From the NCBI GenBank assembly GCA_030704615.1, contig JAKLZA010000278.1:1-64000 (forward strand): 64,000 nucleotides of DNA, written 5' to 3'. A program made the position numbers and the translations under genes. Shown here in pieces: positions 1 through 13,230 of the stretch. This stretch comes from Takakia lepidozioides (Eukaryota; Plantae; Bryophyta). Position 1 is the stretch's first letter; every line of letters begins with the position of its first letter. The notes beneath the pieces are model-generated. The model was not told the DNA's origin, searched no databases, and was given only the letters and a program-made list of their open reading frames with translations.

Positions 1-849
1 TATTTGTTTCCTTTTCCGCATTCATCTTTGCTACCTTACCATTGATAATTAAGTATCAGTTTGCTTCATCAATTTATCGGTTTCCTTAACTCCTCCATTC
101 AATCCACAGCTTCACTCAGATCTCTCTACACAGTGTGATTGTATCGTATAAGTATCAGATTATGATTTATCAGGTATCAGGCCGAATCCATTATGTCTCT
201 AATCTACTCTACAATATCACTCTAGCTTTGCATATGACAAGCTTCTACTAATCCTCTTTTCTCCTTCATCGTGCTCTCCGATCTCCGCTCCCGCCTGTCT
301 CCGAAGTCCTCCCCGAATAATGATCTCTTCCTATTCCCCGTTCTTCCCTTTATCCTCCTATCCGCGGTTCTAACCGTTTCCCTCTCTAACCGTCGTATGT
401 GAACTAACATGTTCCCTTCACTGGTGTTGTTCCCCACAGTCGTTCCCTGTCCTACTCTTCGTTCCCTATTATCGTGACAGCTGTGTCAAGCGGTGACTGG
501 CTGTGTTTGGCTGTGTCGGGCTGTGACTGGCTGTGTGGGCTGTGTCTGCTGTGACGACTGTGATGGGCTGTGTGGGCTGTGTGGGCTGTGACGACTGTGA
601 CGGCTGTGTGGGCTGTGACGACTGTGACGGGCTGTGACGGCTGTGTGGGCTGTGTGGGCTGTGACGACTGTGACGGGCTGTGTTGGCTGTGTGGGCTGTG
701 ACTGCTGTGTCGGCTGTGTGGGCTATGTAACCCCCTTCTACAGTGCGCTGCTGTCACCCCTAAGGTTCCTGTTTGTCTCAGTCTGTGCAAAATTAAGGGT
801 ACCCTACAGATCCCGTATAAGTGTCTAAGTCCCCTACAGTCCTCTAACA
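1..849 (-). repeat. 3' LTR of copy A (partial, cut by window edge)
   Basis: Matches 12399-13230 and the LTRs of copy B. Starts TGTTAGAGG on the minus strand, directly after the PPT. Confidence 0.95.
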
Positions 850-852
850 TTA

Positions 853-866
853 CCCCTTCCCCCCTC
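853..866 (-). promoter_or_regulatory. Polypurine tract of copy A
   Basis: GAGGGGGGAAGGGG on the minus strand, 3 nt before the 3' LTR. Confidence 0.9.
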
Positions 867-887
867 AAAAAGCCGTGTCCTCACGGT

Positions 888-3800
888 TTACTGTTTCCGA
901 GTAGCAACCCTTTGTGAGTGAGCACCTTGTTGACGTTGAGAGTTTCGTGGTGGGCTGTGTGTACGAGCCCGAGGTCTGTCTCTGGTTGATGGAGATGGTT
1001 GATCACTACCTGGATAAGTGAGGCCTTCTGGAGGCTGATATCGAGGTAATCTTTCCGGCATAGGAGATCCCCTTTGTTTCTTCTCTTCCATCTGAATTGC
1101 ATAGTCTTCTCCCATGTCAAAAGAATTTGTGAAGAAACAGTTGTATCAGAATCCTCATCGCCTCTCAGGTGTTTTAATTTTCGAACTTTTTGTGGAATCA
1201 TCTGGGGCATACAATGCTGTCCTACCATGTCTGGAAGTTTGCATTTTACAACCTGGTGTAACCGTTGAACAGCAAAATTGGTGTAGACACTGAGCTCCTT
1301 GTCTGTCCAGATGAGTGGGGTACCAATTACTGGTGCAGCGTGCAAGTATTTCCATGCGATATGTCCCTTATAGAAAATGTCATCAAGTCCGAATTTCTGT
1401 GTTGACAAATTGTTGCAGGCTGCTTGAAACCATGAACGAATTTGAGAATCCTTTTGTATCATAACTTTTGGGTCATATAGGTACATATGAGGTGGCACCG
1501 AAGGTAATACCCAATGATCTCCACTGGAGTAACTTTGAAAGCGTGCTTGCATCTTTTGTTGCTCTATGTGGTAACGTATCAGAAAACAAGCAGCGTAGTA
1601 TAGCCCGCACCCCATGACAATACTTGCTATCTCCTTGGTCTTGGTATAAATGAGTCCATGTACAACCTGGAAAGCAACCAATTCCCTCAACATGGTACCT
1701 GCCTCGTGCCAGTATTGTGCAAAGTGATGATCTTCAATATGTCGATTGTTTGGAAGAACTTTAGTCCTGGTTGCCACTGGCAGCCAAATACGCATGATTT
1801 GGTAGTAATGTGCGAATGACTGCGGAGGACTAAATTCTTTCCAAGCCAAATCCAACATGATGGGAATTTGGTTGAAGGGCATAATCATAGCCCTACTGTA
1901 CTCCCTGGCAGCTGGAGTTTTAGGTGGGTTAAAAGCTGCATTGCCCCATACCTCCGGCTGTGGTGGCTGTGGTGTGGTTGTAGTAACCACAGGTTCAGCT
2001 ACTGGTACACTGACCTGTTGTGGTGGTGGTGGTACTGGTTCCTGTACCATTGGCATCTCCTGCACCTCCTGTGAAGACTGAAAAGCCAGAGTTCTGGCTT
2101 GCAAATAAGAAGCCATTAGCTGTTCCTGAGGGATATAGACTCTTTGGTCGATGTTTGAAGTGAGGTCTTCCACTTGAGTCTGGAGTCCGTCTACATCCTC
2201 TTGTAACTCTGCTATCCTACTATAGACATTGTCTATAGTAGTTGTGGCAATGTTCTGCACCTGCAGTCTGAGCTCATTCATCTCGCTTTGGGTGAGCTTC
2301 CGTGGGCTTTGCCCTCTACTGGCCCTTGTGCTAACCAGACCTGCATAAGGCTGTTATCCACCAAGCTGCTTGTGGTTCCCCTGAGAGTTTGCTCCTCTCT
2401 TAGCTTATACAATTCCAACTGCTGTTGTAAAGCCTTCATGCGCTTCGCCTGTGGCTCAACCAATTGCGCATAGGCAGCAAGTAGATTATTGGCTTCTTTC
2501 GAAGCCTTGTTACTGACCGCGATTTCATTTCTATTGGCCACGATGGTTTGTTGCAACTCCACGATGTATTTCTCTTCTCAGCTTCCATCTGCCTGTATTG
2601 CTTGAAAGTATCTTCATTGCGACAGATTGTATTCTTCATATCGACAATGAGCTTCATGTGCTCCACATTCTCTTCTTCTGCCTTCGTACATTTTTCCGCT
2701 TGACTGTTTATTTCTTTTGTTGATTGGTCAAGCATAGTTGTAAATGTAGCGCATTGTATCGCCATCCTGTTATGCACTGTCTGCAACTCCGTATGTAGTG
2801 CATTCAGTTCTTGCAACTTGCTTTCATGCTGCACCTGCATTTGGTATAGCTGTTGCTTATGTGCTTCGTGCAACTGGTCTTGCGCGAGGCCTGCCTCAAT
2901 CAATTGTTGCTTGGCCAATTGCAAAGCCATTTCTGTATTGGCCAAGTCCTGCTTCATCTTGAGAGTGACCTCTTCATCGACCTTGTTTGCACACTCAGTG
3001 GCAAGTCGAGCCTCAAACTCCTTCCTGAGTTCTTCTTTCAAGGCTGTCAATTGGGTAATTGGAACATGGGTTTTGACATAAGTCCCCAACAAATTAAGTG
3101 TCCTGCCTATGGAACTCATCAGCATTGCCTGTTGAGGGTCATCATGGTGAGGTTGCTGCTGTTCCTCCCGATCTTCAACAGTATGATGTCTCACTAACCA
3201 TTCAGACCATTGTCCCACCGGATTTTCTTCCTGAACTACTTCATTTATGACCGGTGCTACAGTGTCATGGCCTTCCGCCTGTGGTACCTCCGACACAGGT
3301 GTGTGCATTATATGTACCTCAGGATTTCTTGGGCAACTGTTGCACCTCTGGGATTTCTGTCTGCTTGACCAGACCAGAATATTCATAGAGAAGGTCCCCT
3401 TTCTCTATTTCTGCCACTATCTGTTCTGTAGTTGGAATATCTATCCCTTCACTTTCCAAATCAATTATTTCGGGTTGAGCTGCATGGATAACTTGTGACC
3501 TTGTGACAAGTCGTTCAAGTGGCTGTGTTGGTTGTGATGCAGAAGTAACTTCTTCCTCCCTCTCTGAAGGTCCTGCTTCCAGTAATAACATTCTTTTGTG
3601 CTGCTGTGCCCCTTCCTGGTCATGAGCTTGGGAAACATTATCATGCGGAATCCGTGAAGCCAGTGGATCCGCCACTACAGTCTTTCCCCTTCTCTGCCTC
3701 TTAGTCTCGGGTTGTGCTGCTAGTCCACCCTCACTGTGTGAAGAGCCTTGCTCTTCCATTGCAGTTGTTTCTGGCTCAAACACTCCCATTTCCTTCCTTT

Positions 3801-6800
3801 CTTGTGCATTAAGTATGCCAGAACTAAGGATTATTTGAGCAATGATTGGGCCAGACACTATGATAGGAGATTTTGCGGTAGTACCTTGTAATCTTTTCAT
3901 CTCCTCTACCAGTGCGTTGTACATTATGTCCGCCCATGGTACCTCTTGTCCCTTCAAGCCTTTGAGGATTTCCTCTGTGAAGGATCTGCTCAATATTGTT
4001 GGTTCTGTTTCAGGGCAATCAGAACGTTCAATACTTGGCCTATGTCTTTTAACCCTGGGTACACAGCTTTGGTACAAGCATAACCCTGAGTTTTAAAGAA
4101 ACTCCCTTCTTGGAATAAATCCCCTATTTGCAGTCTTTCCCTGTGTTCCTCCACATACACATGACCTGCTGGCAATCGAAACAATTGCTGGAGGTATAGG
4201 GGAGTAATCATTAATTCAACTCCCTTCACCGTTGTTGTTCCTGTCTTTGGCTCAAAGTTCTGCAAAAATTGTAACATGTACTGTCTATGGTGTAGTGTCC
4301 AATCCATGCTTTGCAATCCTTCCAATCTCAGCTCCTTCAGTATCTTTATCGCCTGTGGGGTAGCCATCGTTTGTTTCTGCAGATTGTGGTGCTCTTCACC
4401 CTGATTTCCTCCATTCCTCTCACTCTCTTCATCTTAGACTCACAGAACTGCTTTGGCTGTAACAACTGCAGGAATGCCTGTAGTGCACAAAGCAGAAACG
4501 TATGGTTGCCGCAGAAAGCTATGGGTAATCTCTTGTAAGCCTGCGGGGCTTGCAAGCATTGTTCAAGAGAAAAGCTCTGCTCTTTCGTTTCGTGTCTCTG
4601 CCATTGCGTAAGTAATATTGCGAGCGTATAGTCTGTTAGTTCCTCCATAGTTTCCAAGTTATAGCATTTATGGCCTGTCCTGTCGAGACGCCCGTTACTC
4701 AGAACGACGCCGCCTCTTGCGCTCAATTTCCCTCCATTTTCTTGATCATTTCTCTGGTTTTCTATTGGCTGTATCCGCTGTGACTGGATTTTAACTTTTA
4801 TCTTCTTTAGTGGACTTTCCCTGTTGGATAGTCCACTAGGATCACACATGCGACATGAATTCAGTTTTTCTGTACTTGCCGTTCGTTCTGTTTCCCTTTT
4901 TCCGTATTCATTAATGGGCCCGCCTTTCATCCCTTTTGACGGCCGTTCTTGTCCTCTTTCTTTTTGACACCTGTCCTTGCACTTCATTCTCTGCTGTGTG
5001 TCGCACCCTGACCTCCACGTGTCTATTTTTAAATAATTTCCGTTTCTTCTTCCTTCACCATTTCCTGAAGTTTTTATGTGTCCACTTGTCACTGATTCTA
5101 TGGATCGTGTAATTTAGTAGGCTGTGTCTGTGACAGCTGTGTCATACTGTTACTGTGATAGTGTGTACTGTGTACTGTGATACTGTGACATGTGTTGTGA
5201 TAGCTGTGTCAGTGTGTGATAGGCTGTGTGTGCGCGTGTATAGGCTGTGTCACGTGTGATAGGCTGTGTTGCGCTGCTGGCTGTGATAGCTGTGGTGATG
5301 CTGTGATAGGCTGTGTCACGCCGTGCTGGGCTGTGATAGGCTGTGTCTGCTGTACGTGTGTGATGGGCTGTGATAGGCTGTGTCACGCCGTGCTGGGCTG
5401 TGATAGCTGTGTGCGCCTTGTGGCTGTGATGCTGTGCTGTGATGGTGATGGCTGTCACGTGCTGTGTGACTGTCGCGCTGCTGTGATAGGCTGTCGCTGT
5501 GATAGGCTGTGTCATGTGATGGGCTGTTCTGTGTCACTTTGTTTTGCCACCCCGGTCATATATACTGGGCCTAGCGACAAGTGTTCCATACTCCGTTCGT
5601 AACACTGGTGCAGCCCGTGACTGCTCTTGCGGTTCAACATGCAAATCATGCTGCAGGGGTTTGTCATGGATACCACTGTACCCCTTCAACTTATTTGCAT
5701 TGACTCTTCCCAGCATTTCTTTGTTAATGGTTTGTAACATGGCGTGTTGTTATCATACATCTTTTGTATGACATAAGGTCCTTTCCATGGTGATTTAAGC
5801 TTAGAAGCTTGAATCTTTCCTTTCTTCTGCAACCATAGAACCAAATCCCCCGTCTTAAAAGTCTTTAACTTGCCTTCATCAAACTGTTCCTTTCGCTTCA
5901 TCTGAATTCTGGTCATATTATCAGCTGCATCAGCACGTACTTCTTCCACATGGTATAATTCATGTTTCCTGACCTTGATGGAGTCTTGCAATTCCATTCT
6001 TTTTCCCCACTCCGTTCTCATGGTAGGTAACAGGAATTCCACTGGAAGTAAGGCTTCCATACCATAAACTAATTGGAATGGTGTATACTTAGTGGTGACT
6101 TTATATGAAGTCCTGTATGACCATAAAGCTGTCAGCAGCTTTGTATCCCAATCCGTTCTGTTTGCATTGACTATCTTAGCCAAGATAGTACATAGTATTT
6201 TGTTGGTAGCCTCTCTGCCTGTCATTACCCTGTGGGTAATATGTTGTACTCTTTCTATGCACAATCATAAACTCTTTAGTCAATAACTCAATGGTCTCAT
6301 TCATGAAGTGACTTCCTTGATCACTGATAAATTCTAAGGGACATCCAAATCGTGTAAGTATGTTCTCGTACAGGAACCTTGCTGTGGACTTGGCTGTGTT
6401 GTCCCTCAAAGCTTTAGCTTCCACCCACTTTGTAGTATAATCAGTGGCTGTAATTATGTACCTGTTTTGTGTATTCTTGGATGGTGGATTAATTGGTCCA
6501 ACAAAGTCTAGTCCCCATTTCTGAAATGGTTCCGTAGGCATTGTAGGATGCAAGGCCATTCTTCCAGATCTCTGCAAAGGTCCTAGCCTCTGACATTCAT
6601 CACACTTCTGACAATACTCATGTACATCTTTGAACAAAGTAGGCCACCAGTATCCTGCGAGTAGTATCTTTCTACTGGTAGTCTCTTCTCCAAAATGACC
6701 TCCAGCCACTCCTTTATGAACTTCCTCCAAGACTTTATTTACTTCATGGTGGTACAAGCATCGTTTTAGTACTCCATCAGGTCCTAACTTATACATTCTG

Positions 6801-9800
6801 CTTCCTACCATAGTATAAGGTAAAGCTGATAGCAATTCTCTTCCTCTGCTCCTTACCATAACTAGGTGGGCACTGACCATGAGCAAGGTAGTATCTGATT
6901 GGCCACTGCCAATCTAACCATTCATCTGCACTTCCTTGCACCTCCATTACAAATAAACTCGCATCAGGTAACTGATCGTCCACTCCTGTGGCGGCCTCTC
7001 CTGTTGTTAGTCGTGACAAATGATCTGCCACAAGATGCAAACGGCCAGGCTTGTAAATAACCTCGAACTCAAACTCATGCAAGATTATTAACCACCTCGC
7101 TATCCTTCCACTTATCAAAGGTTTGTTCACCAGATATATCAGAGCCTGGTGATCCACATAAAACATAAACTTTCTTCCCAATAGGTAATGCCTGAATTTC
7201 TTCACTGCATAGATCATTGCCAATGCTTCTCTTTCCGTTGTGCTATAGTTCCTCTCAGCACTGTTCATCAACCGGCTAGCATAGTACACAGGTGAATCTA
7301 TATTCCCTGTAACATTCTGGGCTAACACCGCTCCCAACGCTTCTCCTGATGCATCGCAGTGAACATGAAATACTACATGCCAGTGAGGGTTAATCAGCAC
7401 AGGTGTAGTTGTTACTGACAGTGTAAGTTCCTCAAACGCCTGTTGACATTCAGCTGTCCATGCAAACACTGCATCTTTCTTCAGAAGCTTGCTCAATGGT
7501 GCTGCTATTTGTGCATACCTTTTGACAAATCTTCTGTAATAACTGGTTTGCCCAAGGAATCTCCTTAAACTCTTAACATTCACTGGTGGTGGAGAGACTT
7601 TAATGGACTCTGTCTTCCTGGGATCCACAAGGAGTCCCTTCTTACACACAATGTGTCCCAGAAGCACCCCTGAGTTCACACAGAAAGTACACTTCTCTGG
7701 ATTCAAGCCCAGACCTCTCATCCTGCATCTGGCCAGGCATAACTCCAATTTATGCAAGTGCTCATTCTTAGAGCTGTACACACTGAAATCATCCAAAACA
7801 CCTGCATGAAATCATCCAGATACTCATGAAAAGATTCACTTATCACTCTCTGAAAGGTCGCTGGTGCATTACAAAGTCCAAAGGGCATGACTTTGTATGC
7901 ATAAGCCCCCCAGTCTGTGATGAAAGCTGTTTTCCCTTGGTCTTCTTCTGCCACTTGCACTTGATTATAACCACTGAAGCCATCCATGAATGAGTACATC
8001 TCATGGCCTGCCACAGTGTCTAATACTGCTTCTGTGAATGGCAAAGGGAAAGGATCTTTCTTCGTACAAGCATTCAGCTTCTTATAGTTCACACATACTC
8101 TTAGTTTGCCATTCTTCTTGGGAACTATAACAATGGGTGACAACCAAGTTGTATACTCTATTGGGTATATAAACTTAGCCTCAGCCAACTTCTTTATCTC
8201 TTCTCCAACCTTCTGTGCGTAGTTGGGATTCATTCTATACCTCGCCTGCTTGATTGGTACTGACCCTGGTTCCAGTTCAATTTTATGCTGACAGACTTCA
8301 GGTGGTATCCCTTTTAGATCCTCATAGCTCCAAGCAAATACATCTCTGTATTTGATGAACAAGCTTTTAGCTTCTTCGAAGAATTCCGGCTCCAAATCAG
8401 CTCCTACTTTCACCATCTCGGTTCCTCCTGAGTTCCCACATTTACTTCTCTCACCTGCTCATCAGCTGTGATTGTCCAACCAGTCACCACTTCATCCTTT
8501 AAGCTCACAGTGGCTGGTTCTTCTAGGATTTCTATCTCTCCCTCCTTTTCTTCTTCATAGAAATGTGGTGGGTAACAGCTGGTTTCCTCTTCAATTGGTG
8601 TTGCTGTCACTACACCACAGCAGATACCTCTCAAACAACTTAGGCTTTCCAGCCGCATCTCTGCAACCTGCTCCCATTCTGGGTGTGCAGCAAATAGGGT
8701 AGCTTCCTGCTCCTCATCCAGTCCTCCCTTCCAGTCATACTCTCTGACTCCTCGAGGTCTTCTTGTAGCAGGTAATCTACTAGATTTCTTTGTGGTAATT
8801 TGTATCTCGTGCATCCCATTATGCACAGTTAGTAACTGAGAATTCCAGTCATGGAATACCCTGGCCTGTTTCAGCCACGGACGTCCCAATAATAAGGAGT
8901 AAGCCTCCATGACTTCATCCATTTTTAATACAGTTACTGTGATCATAAAGATCATTTTCTGTATCTGTATCTTAACTCCTCTTATTAATCCCAATGGCTG
9001 TACACTTCTTTGATCTGCCATTGTTACTGTAAATGGGGCTGGTTTCATGTTACTTAGACCAAGCTTCTTCCTTAATTGGTCTGTCATGATATTTACTCCA
9101 GAACCACCATCTATCAGTACATCAGTTAGTTCTGTGCTTCCAATTCTCAATTGGATTACTGGCATAGAATCATCAAAGTCCATGACTGGTTCTCGCCCTT
9201 CCGGCTTCACATTATAACTGGTCACCTTGCTGTTCAGGTCTGTGTTTCCTGTCTCTTGGCAATTCGATTGATTGCCTGATACAGCCTGTGCCTACAATAA
9301 GGTGCCACAGCTAATAGCTGTCCAATGGTAATTTCTGCTTTGGTCTGACATATTACTTCAGCCAAAGTCTCTTCATTACTTTGCATGTCTGCATCTTCTT
9401 TTTCCTTTCTTCCTCACTCCCCTCTTTTTCTCCATCCGAATCAGAGGAATCTGCCACAGGAATATCAGTACTCTTTGCATTTCCCTTATAGTATCTGCCA
9501 CTTCCTTGTGCAGTTCCTTTCTCCTTCCAAGTCTCTTCATCTTCAGGCATATCATTGCCACTTCCAGTCTCATCTTCTTCCTCTTCTATTGGAGGTATTA
9601 GTTGGCTTTACTTCTTGTACTATCATTGTACTTACTTCTGGACAACACTACAACACATGGCCTAACCATGTGAGCTGCCACCACTGGGCCCTCATTCACA
9701 GGAGCTCTCATCTCATTCTGGTGTCTTATCCAGAATGAAACAGGCTGCCTTGCGATGTCCGGGCTGATTACAATAGTAACATAGCTTCTCACCATTGGGT

Positions 9801-11652
9801 CCTCGCCCTGGTCTGGTCTTGGATTATTTCTATAATCCTGATTCCCGGGCTTGGTAATTCCCCCTTGATTACCCTGATAGTTGCCTCTGGAATTTCTTGG
9901 TAATTCCCTCTTGAATTACCTTCCCTTCCATTGCCATTGTTATAACCACCAGACCTACCATAGTGGTCCTGATCATTGCTTCTTCTTGGCTGGGCTGCAC
10001 CTGATGCACCCTCACTTGCCTAGGTTCTTGCAGCTGTCCTTCTGTTGGAGTAACAATTCTCAGTAGAATGGTTATCCATTTTATAGATAGTACAGTGTTT
10101 CTCCTTCATGTGGCATTCTGTAGTGGTATGGCCTTCATTCTGGCACTTTGCACACCATACACCCTCCTCCAATGTGTTGCAGCCTCTGTGGCATACTTTT
10201 TCAAGATTTCTTCCAATCTTTTCTCATAGTTATCCCTCTTCAACTTTTCCTTTCTCTTACTCTTCTCTTTTTAGTTCTGCTCTTCTCTTCATCTGACTCA
10301 TCTTCAGAGTCCTCATCTTCCTTTTTCTCTCTCCTGAGCATTCCCAATTGCTCAATTCTGTTTGCAGTTTCAAATGCCTCCACTGTATTATGGGGTAACA
10401 TATCCACTTTCTCTGCAACTCTGGTCTTAGTCCACTCACAAACCAAGTCTTCTGTAAACCGGGCGCTGGTACTGCAGCCAGCTTTTTCATCATCAATTCC
10501 ATCTTCTCCATATCTTCAACAGTTTCATGCTTCTTCTGCTTCAGCGTTGTAAACTTCCATACACTTCATCCTCAGTTTACTTGTCTGAACCTATTTCGAA
10601 ATGTTGTATTCAAGCCATTCCAGGTTAGGAAATGATTATCAGGGAATCTTGCATACCATTCACTTGCTTTCTTGATAAGTGAACAAGGAAACAGTCTCAT
10701 CTTGGCATCATCGCATTCTCATTGTTCACTATACACATGTGCTCAAATTGGCTAATGTGTACATCGGGATCCCCTTTTCCTGAATATATTGGAAAGGGTG
10801 GTTTTGCCCGTGTGGTTGTAACGCCTGTGGCCCTACCTTCTGCCCACTGACAGGTGCTGGCACCCTTGCTGGTGCTGTGGTCCTTCTGGCCTGTTGTTTT
10901 TGTGGTGGATCTTCCACCAAGTGGTGGCCCTTGAGCACTCCCTGCTTCTGGCCCCACGATATTCACAGTATTCCCAGCTTCAGTTGCACTACTTCCCACA
11001 CTCCCTGTCCCCCCAGAGCCAGATCCAGGCAGCCCGCCTGATCCCCTGAGCCGACACCTTCGTTGGCCTGTGATCTAAGTGCTCCACTTGATCCAGGTCC
11101 AACGGGTTGGATGTCCTGGTTGTAGTCTCAACCTCAGCTGTTGGGTCTACTCTTCATATTCTTCCTCTTCCAATTTCTTCTCTCTGTTTTCATCCTCCAA
11201 GTTCTGCCCTTGGGTTCTTCTTCACTCATGTAACTCAACTGTAATGGGTGTGGAGAGTCTGAACTCTCCGTTGGCTCTGCCACATCCTCATCTCCTTCTT
11301 CATCTTCTGCTTCAGAAACTGGAGTTCCTGCTTTTGGTGTTCCATGCCAACTCTTATCAAAGATTTCTGTCAAGTCTTTTATCCAAGGATGTACCTCAGA
11401 TCTTTCACCTCGTGATTGATCTTTCTTCCTGTACCAATTCCCTTAATCTTTCTTGCAAAGAAACAGAAGGAGTGGCATCCAACTCTAGTTCTTCCGGTAT
11501 AGGTGATGCACTTTTTGATCTTGATGGTGTGAGAGGTCCAGATGATTCCCCTATGTCTATTCCTCTCTCCCAAAGATATGGATAATTAGCTTTCAGATAG
11601 CTTTCTCTTTTTGATGAATATCTTTGTCGTCTAGCTTCTCTTTCATCATCAT
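888..11652 (-). pseudogene. Gag-Pol-extra-ORF polyprotein of copy A, broken by many 1-bp indels (possibly sequencing errors)
   Basis: ORF fragments 8410-9225 (protease), 7718-8416 and 6789-7796 (RT/RH), 6176-6886 and 5686-6264 (integrase) and 881-5092 (linker and extra ORF) are near-identical to the B/C proteins. Confidence 0.85.
5115..5535 (-). repeat. Internal CACAGCC-based minisatellite after integrase (copy A, noisy)
   Basis: Recurrent GCTGTGATAGGCTGTGTC on the plus strand, at the same position as the 30-bp array in B and C. Confidence 0.85.
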
Positions 11653-11673
11653 GTCCCATGTCTTTCATTTCTT

Positions 11674-12365
11674 TTAATGTGGCAATAACCAAAACTCTCT
11701 TCTGTAATATCTCTCGTATATGCCTGGATTTCTTTCAAGCTTCAATGCACCCTTGGCTATACTTGAAGTCTCCGTTACCATATAACCATATGGCAAACAA
11801 GTCTGAAAAGTGTTTTGGTGTGAGTTTGATCCACAAAATATCCTTTGGAATCCAATTCTTTACCAGTACAAGCTCTTCATGCATATGAGTATAAACATTC
11901 ACCTTTCCTTCTTCCCAGCCTTCAAACTCTACTCGTTTAATGGATAGCAACGCTATCACATAAACTAATGTTGGTAACCAACGTGCTCTTCCTCTACAGG
12001 CTACCTGATAAATCTTTATCACTCCTTTCTCCAGACCCCATTCTGGATCAGCATCATGCACTCGTTTAAGAATATTTTCTTTACATCCGTCTGGCAATTC
12101 CAAGAACCTTTGAAAGAATTGTTTGGACAATCTTTCTTCCTTCGTTCCACAGGGAATTTGATTCACTTAATTCTTAATGGTCCAACCACCATGATCCCAC
12201 CAGATGCCTGTCACATCTGGTTGTTCATGTCCCAGGTCCCCAGTATGGTCGCCAAATGTCGCGCGGCTTTTACCCCAACAATCCCTTCGCTATCCGAGGC
12301 GGAAACTCCAAGATAGAAGAGTTGGAAATCTCTAAGTACTCAGCCCGCGCAGAACAATCAGTCAT
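11674..12365 (-). pseudogene. 5' extra ORF (ORF1) of copy A, frameshifted
   Basis: Fragment 11735-12166 matches the 231-aa ORF1 of B and C. Confidence 0.7.
12237..12254 (-). promoter_or_regulatory. Primer binding site of copy A (probably tRNA-Arg)
   Basis: TGGCGACCATACTGGGGA, 2 nt downstream of the 5' LTR end. Confidence 0.8.
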
Positions 12366-13230
12366 GACCTACAGCTAGTGTATCATGGGGGTGTTTCCTA
12401 TTTGTTTCCTTTTCCGCATTCATCTTAGCTACCTTACCATTGATAATTAAGTATCAGTTTGCTTCATCAATTATCGGTTTCCTCACTCTCCATTCAATCC
12501 ACAGCTTCACTCAGATCTCTCTACACAGTGTGATTGTATCGTATAAGTATCAGATTATGATTTATCAGGTATCAGGCCGAAGCCATTGTGTCCTATTCTC
12601 CTCTACAATATCCTACAGCTTTGCATATAAACAAGCATCTACTAATCCCTTTTCTCCTTCATCGTGTGCTCACCGACTTCCGCTCCCGTCTCACTCCGAA
12701 TCCTCCTTCCCATAATAATAATCATCCTTCATCATTCCCCGTTCTTCCCTTTATCCTCCTATCCGCGGTTCTAACCGTTTCCCTCTCTAACCGTCGTATG
12801 TGAATTAACATGTTCCCTTCACAGGTGTTGTTCCCCACAATCGTTCCCTGTCCTACTCTTCGTTCCCTATTATCGTGACAGCTGTGTCAAGCGGTGACTG
12901 GCTGTGTTTGGCTGTGTCGGGCTGTGAACTGGCTGTGTGGCTGTGCGGGCTGGTGTGGCTGTGTGGGGTTGGGTGTGACGACTGTGACGGGCTGTGTGGG
13001 CTGTGACGGCTGAGGGCTGTGTGGGCATGACTGTGTGGGTGTGACGACTGTGACGGGCTGTGTTGGCTGTGTGGGCTGTGACTGCTGTGTCGGCTGTGTG
13101 GGCTATGTAACCCCCCTCTACGGTGCGCTGCTGTCACCCCTAAGGTTCCTGTTTGTCTCAGTCTGTGCAAAAATTAAGGGTACCCTACAGATCCCGTATA
13201 AGTGTCTAAGTCCCCTACCGTCCTCTAACA
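12257..13230 (-). repeat. 5' LTR of copy A
   Basis: TGT...ACA termini; matches the other LTRs; followed by the PBS. Confidence 0.95.

Larger units (their letters stand above)
1..13230 (-). mobile_element. Ty3/Gypsy LTR retrotransposon copy A (non-chromovirus, Athila/Tat/Ogre-related); 3' end lies beyond window start
   Basis: Order gag-PR-RT-RH-INT on the minus strand, two LTRs, PBS and PPT. Colinear with copies B and C. Right end TCCTCTAACA abuts the tandem-unit sequence ACATAATCC. Confidence 0.97.

Noticed and set aside
452-868. His/Ser/Pro- and Cys/Gly/Val-rich ORFs over the LTR minisatellite (also 12853-13170, 27592-27951, 39968-40327)
   Set aside because: The CACAGCC repeat lacks stop codons in most frames, and the ORFs differ in frame and length between LTR copies
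888-12365. Copy A as an old, decayed pseudogene
   Set aside because: Lesions are nearly all 1-bp indels with few substitutions relative to C, and adjacent satellite units show the same noise, so sequencing error is more likely. LTR-divergence dating of A would be unreliable.
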